Shown here: piece by piece, positions 38,621-49,870 of the stretch
Position numbering within the stretch: the stretch's first letter is position 1
Layout: the number at the start of each line of letters is the position of its first letter
Source: Marsupella aquatica
Lineage: Eukaryota > Plantae > Marchantiophyta
Direction of reading: 5' to 3'
NCBI GenBank assembly: GCA_973895155.1
Contig: OZ316892.1
Coordinates: 18,094,357 to 18,158,356 of the forward strand
DNA length: 64,000 bases
Made by a program: the position numbers and the translations under genes
The notes under the pieces: generated by a model
Seen by the model: the letters and a program-made list of their open reading frames with translations, nothing else
What the model was told of the DNA's origin: nothing
Databases searched by the model: none

Positions 38621-40345
38621 TACCCTAAACCCTAAACCCACACCCTTTTCATATCTTTCCCTCCTTGCCAAATTCAAGTTTATGACAAATGAGAAACTAG
38701 TGGAGAGTTAATCCTAAAAGGTCATTATTAAAAATTTTCCATACTAAGTGTGAACAGTTTTAATAAACTTACAAAAATTAGGGAATTCAAGTCTAAAAAG
38801 TAAGAAAACCTAGGGATTCATTTTCATTGCAACCTTCTAAAACGTTTTCATCATATTTTCCTCTCATCTGGCAATGTCTTTAAGAGTAAGTGCCACATGC
38901 ATTCATAGTAGTAGTCATACAACTAACCATATAGACGTTCTTCTGTATAGAGTCAATCCTAAAAGGTCATGATTCTTAGGCTCTCTGAAACCCCAGTTGC
39001 ACATATCAGAGCTACATCCAATGACAGGTACTTGTTAATGGTAAGTGGGAAACGAAATTCACATTTCTCCTGGTAATGCAAGTAGAATCATTGTCGATGA
39101 TAGAGCGAGGTTATGCAAACCAATTGGAGTCGGAGGATAAACACTTGTTTCCTTTCATCATGCATAATACAATGTAAAGACATTTAGAATTAATGATAGA
39201 ATCATAACAGAAAGGGTTGCACATCTATTCAACTGTGGTAAATGGACCCTTGACTGTACGTTTTATTAATTACTAATTTGAAACTATATATCTCTAGGTG
39301 TTGACGTCTCAATGAGGTGCTCACATTTCAGACAAGTGTGAATGATATTACTTTCTCGCCCTAAAATTTGTATATGACACTGTTACCCGTTAGGGGTGGA
39401 CCTTCTGAAGACTACTTGAGACCATCAATAATCAACTAGGGAGAACATGCATTTGTCTAGAGTTCTGCATTGAGTAGCAGTAGGAGCAACTCTCTTCCAT
39501 AGTTGATCCAAGGTAAGAATTCAGAAAAAGCATGTTCCCTCTGCACAGCAAATAGTTAGGTTTTACCTAAGCAAGAGCAGACAGACTTGAGGCCTTCGAT
39601 GGCCTCTGGTTTGATTCGGCTGCACACCTTTGCACCACGGAAACTATTCAATTTTCAACGTTTGCAAGAGTTTGGCGTCTTTCGAACACCCTGCCTCACT
39701 GCATTGGAAACTACCTAGAATCTTAGCCAAGGCATTAATAGCGCGGTCACTAATAGCCATTAATTGAAGTGAGATCGAGGAAACACTTCTCTGAAACTCT
39801 CCATCTTGTGACGGTCTTGGACAAGAGACAGTCCAGTATTGTAGTAGTATCACCCGACATTCTCCCAGGCTTTCAATGTGCCAGTCGACATGTCTAGGTC
39901 TTTCAACTTCCCGGTTCAAAAAACGACAACTCAGTGTTCTTATGGTGTTTCAGTCTTATCAATGCTCATTTCAGACAAATAATGCTATAAATGCGGTAAT
40001 CAGCACTTGAATTCTCAAAACAACGTTGTGCCTGTAATATCCTAAAGCCCTTTCGGACAATTGAAGTGACGCAACATCCTAGTCTTCAGTCTTGCAACCC
40101 AACATGGAGATGCTCTATACCATGAATGGCTTGAGCTGCCGTAACAAATGATTATGGTGCTCCAGCAGAGTACAATGATGCAGCACTTCCGACAGCGGTT
40201 GGCCAAATTCCGGACTAAAATCAACTAATGTAGAGACTGACCATGGTCCAGATCTGATAGGCCTACCTGCAAGCTCTTTTGAGCTCACAGACGCTATCAT
40301 TGTCAGCAGAAGATGCTGGTCGAACATAATTATGATCATATCAAC

Positions 40346-42067
40346 TCAGTGCTTGGCAGGAACCTTGGGCTGTGAAGAAGCCTGTGACTGGTAAACCAAA
40401 GCACAAAATCATTCAGTCTCATGTAGCTCTGAAGAGAAACGTGAAGATCTTCCTTTGCAAAATTCTTTCAAGGCTGGAGGAGATGGCAACCTAGATTAAA
40501 TTGCCAGGTTGTTACCAACGCAACGTGGTCCAAACTAACAAAGAGTTCCAGAAACAGAAAATTTACCTTCAGAATGGCAAATTTGACCGATCCATAAACC
40601 ACACCAACGGTGGCTGCAGTCACACGCGCTACCTGCAGATTAATTATGTGGAACTCCAATCATTAGTTCATCACTGCAAGGAAAGCTAAGCGCAGCAACT
40701 TGCCAGACCCCAAACTGATAGAAGAAATTGTTTTCCCCTTTCAATGCAAATCTAATGTCTGGTTAGTCTGACAAAACTGTTAACCTCCAGGATCCATCCG
40801 CACTTTTGAAAGTCCCCGTACTTCGGAAAAAGGTTTGAACAGGTTGTAAAATGTGTTTCAAAATCGAAGTACACAGGTTTCGTACATTCTTTGAGTTCAG
40901 GAAGTGAATGCAATGTTGGTAAAACATCCCAAGAGGATGGTGCAGCTATGTAGAGGGTAATACAAGCCAGGTTTTACAAATTCTTCTTCGAGGTCTGCTA
41001 TTCCTGTACTTTAAACTGGTTTTGGCTATGCAGAGGGTATACCCTAAACCGTAGCACTAGAACATCGGTTTCAGCATCACAGACGAACTCACACCTACAA
41101 ACCCTACTGCTTCATCTAGTTTGATTGGGTATAGGTCTCGGCAGAAAAACACAAAAGATGCATCTAAAGGGTAATTAAATACCACAGTCGAACATCTTTG
41201 ACGAAAAATGGCCAGAAATCCAAAACTTCCATGTGAGAAGCTCACCGAAATATTTCGAACAAGCAAACCTAACATCCACCTTCCTGTCCTCTACATCGGC
41301 TAGGAATCTAAAATCGAATGACCGGATGAACCTCAAAAGACCCGCAGTATGAATCAAAATCGTGTAACTGACGGACGAGTCTGGAACACAAGGGTGCACC
41401 TCTACTGGCTGGCTCCCTCACTGGCTCGTCAGGTCGATCACCACTACAGGCACTGGTCAAAGGTGACCTTAGATAATGTGTTCATCTCGAAGAGAGCTTG
41501 GGTAGAGACTACAATAATCGTTATAACTATCTGCAAAGCTTCCGTTACTTCCGTTCAGGCTAAGGCAGGTGGATTGCAAGAAGGTTTGGGCTAACCCCTA
41601 CCAGCTAGGTTATCAGACCCTCACAAGCAACCTTCACCACTTTCAGCAAATCTATAAGTTTGGCCAGCTTCGACGACAAAGCAAACGACGATGCAGTCCG
41701 TGTTTATTAGTCTACGATGATATCACCATCCTCGAACCAGGACCACCGACATTGCAGAGCAAGTAGGCTTTAACAACAATTAGAGTATCAACAAACAAGC
41801 AGAACCTAGAAGTCTCAAGGTTCAGATCCATCGTAGAGAACAGCTATAGCACACAATACTTCAGCCGAAAAACATAGGCTGCGTCCCATCCCGGGCAGAG
41901 CCTTCAGAAAATGCTGGATGCTACAACACTGGAGTAAGTCGATTCCCAAGCTTAGCAGGAAGACGAAAGCTCCACATCAAAGTGAAAAGTTCAGAGAGAG
42001 AACGAGAGAGACAGAGACTCACTAGGGCCAGAGTGCTGGTGCCAGAATACGGGCCTCCACCCGCCAT
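40346..42067 (-). CDS. ATP5ME: Mitochondrial ATP synthase subunit e, 50 aa, 3 exons
   Basis: Exons 42067-42023, 40632-40567, 40387-40346 (GT-AG, all phase 0) give MAGGGPYSGTSTLALVARVTAATVGVVYGSVKFAILKSQASSQPKVPAKH*. GPYSGTSTLALVAR...G.VYGS.K is the plant subunit-e signature. Confidence 0.92.
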
Positions 42068-42243
42068 TGCGAAACTTCAGGCCGGCTGGCAAGCTTGCAA
42101 ACTGACTGCCGGTTCGGTCGGTCGGTCGGTAGATCGATTCGATTGATAATTCGGTGGCTGCCTCCGTCGCCCTCGTCCCTGCTCAAGAGCACCGCAGCCG
42201 AAGGAGCTCGCAAAGTGCAGACCTACCGCTCGACTCCGATGTT

Positions 42244-42295
42244 CCTTTCCTTTCCCTTCCTTTCCCTTCCCTTCCCTTCCCTTCCCTTCCCTCCT
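42244..42295. repeat. (CCCTT)n / (AAGGG)n microsatellite upstream of the subunit-e ATG
   Basis: Six consecutive CCC tracts with 2-nt spacers at 42264-42291. Confidence 0.9.
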
Positions 42296-42559
42296 CCGTC
42301 TCTCTTTTCTCTCTCACTCTCGTTTTGCCTCGCTTCGTCAATAATGTGCTCCAGCGGCTTTTCGACCAGCACGTCGCAAGTTCAACACTCCACCAAACAC
42401 TTCTGCTCCGATTATAAACGCTCTACATTGTTTTATGTGTTCAGTGCTCACGGTGGTTAGTGTTAGAGTCGAATCTTTATCCCTCTTTAGATCTCGCTTC
42501 ATCGATGATGTATTATTGTGCTCAAGCAGCTCTTAATGCTCTACATTGTTTGTGTGTTC

Positions 42560-43660
42560 ATAAAATAGATTTTTTCCCTTGAAACATTCAATTGAATTTC
42601 ATTCAAAGAGAGAGAGTCCAAAAGGGTGGCCCATGAAAGGGGGACAACATCCAAGGGAGGTCGACGTGCTAAAAGCCGGGGGAGCCGGCACCACAGCAGA
42701 AGAAAGGCCCCCAAAGGAAGGCAGCTAAACAAGACATTCAACTATTGTAGAAGGAGCAGCACACTCCGGAAGACCAGCCAGTGAAGAAGCCCTGGCAGGG
42801 GGCCATCCAGTGGGTCCTTGACAAGAATTACCCTCTCCACCTATCCACAGAACAAACTCCTAGTACCCTGAAAACAACCTACATACACTTCATGGAGGTA
42901 TGGGGGGCACAGGGGTCTTGTAGAATCTCCTCATGAACCTCCCAAATGCTGGTATAAGACCCATAGTCCAAAGACATGTCAGCAAAAATACCATTGGCAA
43001 TAGCCTTCCCAAGCCAAAGTCTACGTTTGTTACAGGGCCAATCCTTATGCATATAGACGAAAAGCCTTTGCCATGATTTTTGAATGACAGCATGGGGATC
43101 CTAGCTAGTGTGTCCAATGAAGTGTGAACTCCTATCCTTCCAGGAAAATGTGGGCCGGGTTCAGGACAGAATGAAACCGACCAGTGGGTGAGATAAGTTT
43201 CAAAATGTAGAGAACCCAGTTCCAAACTTGCTGAGAGATGGGGCAACTCCAAATGCAGTGAACAATGTCCTACTGAGCCCCAAGATGGCTGCAAGAGCAC
43301 CAGGTGATAGGGTTTGCTGCAAGGTAGGAAGAGAAACGCCAGTGTTGTGTAGCCGGGATACGGTAGACCATCTGCCATACGAAGCAGTTCTTGGAAGCAA
43401 CCCAGAATGGCAACCAAGTTTGGCGCCAGAGTGTCTGAGGGGACCACTTCTGCAACCCCCTATGCAAAATGCTTCTCTCCTGGCCCTGCATTTCTTGAAG
43501 ATGCGCCGTGCTGGTATCAAAAAAAGGTCTGTCGTCTTTCAAGCTGTACTGAGTAGCAGCCACCAAATCCCCACATGGCCGTCCTATGCATTGTCTGGCT
43601 CCTGCCCTCTGCGGTGTCCTAATCAGTAGGTAAGTTGGTGTAGAGATACAGATGAAGGAG
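42560..43660 (-). mobile_element. Degenerate LINE (L1-type) ORF2 3' fragment with zf-RVT motif
   Basis: LWRQTWLPF..SKNCFVWQMVYRIPATQHWRF...WCSCSHLGAQ*DIVHCIWSCPISQQVW; boundaries approximate. Confidence 0.75.
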
Positions 43661-46124
43661 GTTGAGACTTCTCCACAAGCAAAAGGAAGTCATTATACAC
43701 ACTGAAAGTTGTGCTTGCTATAAGGAGGGTTTAAACTAATTTTGCTATTGCAAAGCTCTGCCTGAGATTCTAATCTAACAAGTATTGTTGAGAATTCATA
43801 TTTTTCAAAGAGCGCTCCTCTTGTTACAAAGAGCACTTTGAGTTTTTCCATTGCACGAAACTCTAAGGAATCATGTTTTTCAACGAGCGTTGCTTTGGTT
43901 ACAATAAGCGCTTCAAGTACTTTGCCGTTGCAGAGGTACCAAAGATTTCAGATGCTAAATGTAAACCTTCAAGCCAGTCCATGCAGGTTTTTATTTCACT
44001 TTTAGATGCACTCAATCTCCTTCCTTTAACAAAAATGTAGGTAAACTGTCAATGAGAACTATTTTTATCTAGATACTCTCATGACTAGGTGTAAAGTGCT
44101 CAGTCTTCCTTTCAAATTCCATAGGGATGACTAGAGACAATGTACAAGTCCATCTAGGCTTCAGTGTCCACTCTCACATAAGCAAATAATGACATTTTTA
44201 CATGAACTAACAATAAACCGAGGTTGACAACGGAGATCACACCATTGTTAAAAATGAAACATGGTTGATACTCAAACATGGCATAAAATAACAGAGTTCA
44301 TTGTATTGAAGTGAAATAAATACCTACATTTGATATGTCCGTCTCAAATGCTCAATAAATTTTTCCTTAAAGATAGATCCTCTCCCCTCAAACACGTTTT
44401 CAATTAGGTTTGTGAAATGTGGGGGTCTATTGCTTCATCAGTTCTCAGTCTTTCTGCCCTTAGTTGTTTGTGAATCTCAGTTGAAATGGTCCTTTCCACC
44501 TCTGTGCATTTAAGCTGGACAGCTGAGATTGGCCCAATCTTGGTTGACCTCGTCGAGATAGGCATATGGACCAAAAACATCCACCTACAAAAATCTAAAA
44601 TTTTTGGCAAAAAAATTTCTCATTGTACTGTAAGGAGACAGCCCATCTCAGCTACTCTCACGAAGATGAGACAGTAGTACAGATGGTCCATAGTGGAAAC
44701 AAAATTAAATCCTTCTTAAAATTGGAAACAAAATTGGAGTTTTTCTGCTACATTTCAATGGCCTCTCTGAAATGACATGGCAACTGATATCAATGAGGTT
44801 AATTGATGGAAGTCACTGATAAATGATGAAGTAGTTATAATGACGCTTCCCCTAAAGATTTAATCATTGGGGTTTGAATTTACTAGTATTCAAAGTATGG
44901 TATCAAGACAACCGATTGTGGCGTTGTCATTAGATGCCCGCACTCCAATGTTATATTGAGCAAGAGCTTTTGGACCATGGCCACGAGTCAAAATAATTGT
45001 CACAGTAATAGGATTGAAGTTGAATTGCACCATCCACTTTTCTTTGGACAAAAGGACATCAATGGAAGTGCCCTCTTATAATGATCCATTTTATAATGAA
45101 TTCTGCATAGGACCTTTTTTGGATTATCAATAGACTGGCCTCTCCACGAGTGATACAATAATCTACCTTTGGTATGATAACAATGATGAGTTGTTTAATC
45201 CACAACTATAATAAGGGATCCCGCATTTTTTTGTCCTTTGTCCCAATACAAAAAAGTTCCTGGGTGGGAAAGATCCACAGCCATTGGATTTGTTTGGCTA
45301 TTTTCCCTGACCAGTGATGGGGAAAATGGGCACCCCTGGCGCATATGTGTTTCCCCACGCTTTCCCATAAAATGCCCCAGCCCTCCTTGCGCCGTGCAAT
45401 GCACAGGTATAGGGCTCGTTCCCCTTTAAAATCTCAATCTCTTCTTTAATGCTAATCAGATTTGTTTTCCATTGCATCAGCTCACTATAAGTTCTACACT
45501 TCAAAAAGTTATTGCCTCTTTGTGAATAGACACTACTCTTCTCGCGGTGCAATTTTCTCCTCTGCACAAAAGAAGACCACCACTAACAAGCCTTCCCCGG
45601 TGGGAATCAGGCTGCTTGTGTTGTTCACTATGAACCAAACAATCCGGAATTGGGAATCACACTTTTGTACACCTTGAAACTCTATGTTGTAAGACCACAA
45701 AGTCAATCATCCGCAACACATTGCTACAGTAAGATACACCCTCCACAGCCACACCCCCCGCCACGCCCTTTTGAATACTTGTGGCCCCACTTGTAAGTTG
45801 GGGCGTGAGGATGGGACCTCGGCCAAAGAAGGAGTGGAATATTTCCTCTAGAGCACTAGGACAGTTGGGGAGATGCAGAGACAACAACATCAAAGCGACA
45901 AGATGAAAGAGAGGAGAGACATTGATTTACAGAGGTGGTATGGACAAGGCCCGTCACAGGGGGTGGTGGTGGGGGGGTGGGTTGTTGTCTCAATCGTGGG
46001 GTGATTCTTATAGTAGCTAGCCTACCAGATCTTGCCACATAAGCAGATTTTATATTTCTTAAATTTGCACCATTTTTTGGGGTGTATTTGTACACAGGTA
46101 TAGGATGACAAGGCAGCAAGCGCA

Positions 46125-49100
46125 CGTACCCTAACTAATCTCAGCCATTGAAATTGACGGTCGGATTTTAGGCATGGGGAGTTGTCAATTTGGTCCATTT
46201 GATTGAGTCAATCAATGGCCACAATCCTTAACGTATGTTTAGGGCCACAATCCTTAATGGGGTATTTGAGCTTCCAGATGCCTCTCCGCATCGCGGGTCG
46301 GCATTCAGTCGCTCTAGTATCTCATTAAGAAGCAGGACGAGACCGTAAACACATACGTTAAGGTTGTTAGGGTGATATTTTGCTTTTTGGGGCTTTAGGC
46401 TGCTGCCACGTTAGCATTTTTGGCAGTGATTATATCTCATTAAAAAATGACCATATATTTATACGGTCTGCGATCTGACCACTTTTTCTCGAGGGGAAGA
46501 TGCATATGCGGAGTGTTTGGAACGGGGGTTACAAATTCAAAATCCAGATAAGTCTTGTAATGAAAGATGAAAATCCCATGGTAGGGATGAAAACTTTATT
46601 AAAGTAAACAAAAATTATGGACAAAGGAATCTCAATAAATGTTTGCCATGAACTACATACTAGGGCCTCATAGACCATCTACTACTATAGCTTCTTACAT
46701 CCAGCACAACAAATTTGTGCTTACCAGGCAGGCTATTTACACTATCCTTGTACCAGGCAGACTATCTACACTATCCTACTATCATCTGAATTCTGATCCA
46801 CGTCTACAATCTCAATTATTTAACTTTCCAATACTGATGTTCACTGTGCAATTGTTTAGTGAACCGATGTGTCCAAGAACTGCAGAAACAGGATTGATGT
46901 TCTGGACTCTTTGTTCATCCCACCAGGGTTCAAAGTTGTCCCAATCCTTCTGGTCAATCCCATTCAACAATGGATCTTCCTTGACACACTCGGACGGAAA
47001 AGGGTCTTCCTTCCTTGACTCGTTGTCAGAATCCTACACAGAAATTGCACGAGTTAATACCAGACACTAATAACACAGTCAAAAACCAATCATAAATACA
47101 GTTGCATGAAGTCTATTCAAACCTGCTCAGACTTCATCTCAGAGTCCTTGGCGATTGTAGCTCTTGACACAAGCTGTGTTTCATTGCTTGGAGCTGGAAC
47201 TGTTGGGATTGTTGGAACCACACTTGGGATTGGAAGAACCTTTGAGTTAAATGGCATATTTTTCTTCCTAACGATGTTGATCTCTAACGGTGCTTCATTT
47301 CATGCGCTACAATCTGCAAAATGCGCGCGTGAGAAATAGCTAACACCTCAAAAGCCTTCAAGGAAAAAAACAGACTATACAAAACATATTAACTTACCTA
47401 TGAATGCCCCCTCCACGTTCAGTTTTGACTTCTTTGTAGGCGAGTCATCATCGTCTGCTGCAGGAACTGTACCAACGATCACCTTATTCTTGAACAAGTC
47501 GGTCTCTTCCCTCACAGTTTCCTCATACACACTGCCATCTCAAGCGCAATGTTGTGCAGCTTGAACTTGAGCTTCAATTGATCTTTCATATCGGACGTAT
47601 GCTCCCTTGCTCTTGTGACCAGTGATTCGCATGCCAACATTAAGTGGAACTCCCTCCGAGCACATACGAGTTACACAAGTTGTTTGTCCAGACTTGTTTG
47701 TGATACTGTCAGTAACAAGGCCACATTCTCGGTGTATCTCCTTCATACACCCGGTTAGTTTCACGTGAAGTCGAGTACCAAGCATGGTTCTTAGGATTAT
47801 CAATGTCCGATTGATAAAACAGAAAGGTACCTGAGACTGGAAGATGATCAACCAAGGCGAGAAGTGTTGTCACCATATCCTGATCATGCTCAGTCACAAC
47901 AAGTCGGAAGTGTTCATCTTGGTAACGATCCAAAGACATTTTATAGTTCTTAGACAAGCGCTCATTGTAGCTTACAAACCTCCCTGAGTGCCTCATCAAC
48001 ACCAAACTTGAACTCTTCCTTGTCTAAGTTGTACAGTTATGCTCCTCCACGGATAGCAAATCGACACAATAGATAAAACACAGCTCGACGTTGCAGACCC
48101 CTTGGGTGTGAGACACTTGTGCAGGGGTGAGCAAGAATGGTGCGCTCGTCAGTGAGAGTGATGACAGTTGCCTTCTTGCGAGGCTGGTTGGCGCCTGCTC
48201 TTCGAGAGCGTTCCATGGCTAGCACACATGAAATGCCAACCTGCTTGAACATAGGACTAGTCCTCATGCAAAAATTTATAGGTTCATCCTTACCTGATTG
48301 CTGGATTCTGGCCTCTTGCTTTTGACGCATGATTCGATGGAATGCACAGTACAGGCCCATCAGAGTCTGGCTGGGGTAAAGAGCTCCATCTTTCTTTGTG
48401 ACTTGCTCAAAGAACTTTGTTAGAAGCATACTGCAATCGTGCATTGGTAGCTCCTCGAGCGGAACTGTGGTGTCGAAGTTCTTAAACAAGCGGAACTTAT
48501 TTAAGCAATTCACAGCCCATTTGTCGACAGGGGCTGATGCATTTGCTCCACCCTTGGCAAGGGTGCGCTGGAACGATACGTCTTTGTCTAGGAACTCAAA
48601 TGATGGCCGTCCTTGGACACTGACCACAGCTTGGCTTGGTGTTACTAGACTTGTTGCCTCTAACTTCACAGACTCAATGTCCGAATGCAGCGCATCGATG
48701 AGAGCTTGCATTTGCTCATCAAAATCCTGTCCACTAAACAAGTCCAAAAAAGCATGTTCAAGGCTTGGCGTGCCTGTATTGCTCGAACTACCAGGGAGCC
48801 ATGCAGTAGGCGCGTGAGGGATCTCCTTTCCACTCGAACATGTCTCCTTGCCACTGGAACTCAAGCTCGGGGCCATGGCATAAGCAGACAAACCAATGTT
48901 GAACGATGGGGAGCACATCAATCTCCTGTTTGAGGCATAAAGTGCACCATTGAATGTAACACGTTACTGAGGAGGTAACCTCTCGCTACTGCATCAGAAC
49001 TATGGCTTGATTGAGATAGCAACAAACATAACAGTAGAGAGGAGCGCAAACATCAGTTGTAATGCAAACAATAGACACGAAATAACCAACCAAAAGCCGG

Positions 49101-49860
49101 CGATCAATGGTTGGCATGGATGACCGAATTTGGGGCGATCAAAGAAGTCTGAGACGACCAGAGGTGCACATTGGCAGACCAACTGTGGCAAGATCGTAAA
49201 TCATGGAACGAACAATGTCAAAAGCGGGAAGTGAAATATCACCTTGGAAAAAATAGAAGCGGAAGTTTGAGATGCTCAAAATATCAAAAGCATTACAAGA
49301 TAGAATGCTTACCTGAACTTGGAGTGAGATAACAACATCACGTTCGTTATGGTCGACGCTTAACTGCTTCTCACGCTATTATGGCTCTCGTCTGAGCGGC
49401 ACCAGTGAGATAACAACACCACGTCAGTAAACAAAACTACAGCAACAAAACCTGTCGCAACACAAAAGAACCTGTCACAACAAAAACAGATGATGAGCAC
49501 ATCGATGATTAACATTGACCAGCCATAACACAAGCAACAAGCATGATCACGGTCATGATTCACATCGACCAGCCGCACATCCAACACAGGAAAGCAGCTC
49601 CACAGCGATGGCGAAGCAGCCGCGAGTAGCAGAAAAGTAAAACAAGCAGCAGCAGCAGTGCCGAACGACGGGACCGCCGGCAGCGGGACGATTCAAACAA
49701 ATAGAATACAATTGACACTTAGATACTCCCTACGAGGTAATACCTCCGAATCCCTAACATTGCGGCTGTTTTGGGCTGTAGATTTTAAATGGATGATCCA
49801 TGACCGTCAATGAAAGACAACTTGTCGGCTGGATACTCCAATCCTTAGAGAACACTGATA
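46125..49860 (-). mobile_element. Putative extent of Crypton-like element
   Basis: Recombinase pseudogene plus motif-rich flanks: inverted ATTGACGGTC at ~46153 and ~49802-49811, direct CAATCCTTA at 46222/46248 and 49839. Ends not proven. Confidence 0.4.
46812..48876 (-). pseudogene. Crypton-like tyrosine recombinase (DUF3504/ZMYM-KCTD1-type), intron-containing, decayed
   Basis: LTKFFEQVTKKDGALYPSQTL; CRFAIRGG (catalytic R); YNERLSKN (K); WYS; MKEIHRECGL..ITNKSGQTT; GVP..ITGHKS..YVRY (H, Y); C-terminal LNNCTVNI. GT-AG introns 47397-47314 and 47122-47034 keep the frame. Stops at 48037, 47540 and ~47300; two frameshifts near 47990 and 47765. Confidence 0.85.
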
Positions 49861-49870
49861 TATCAATCTA

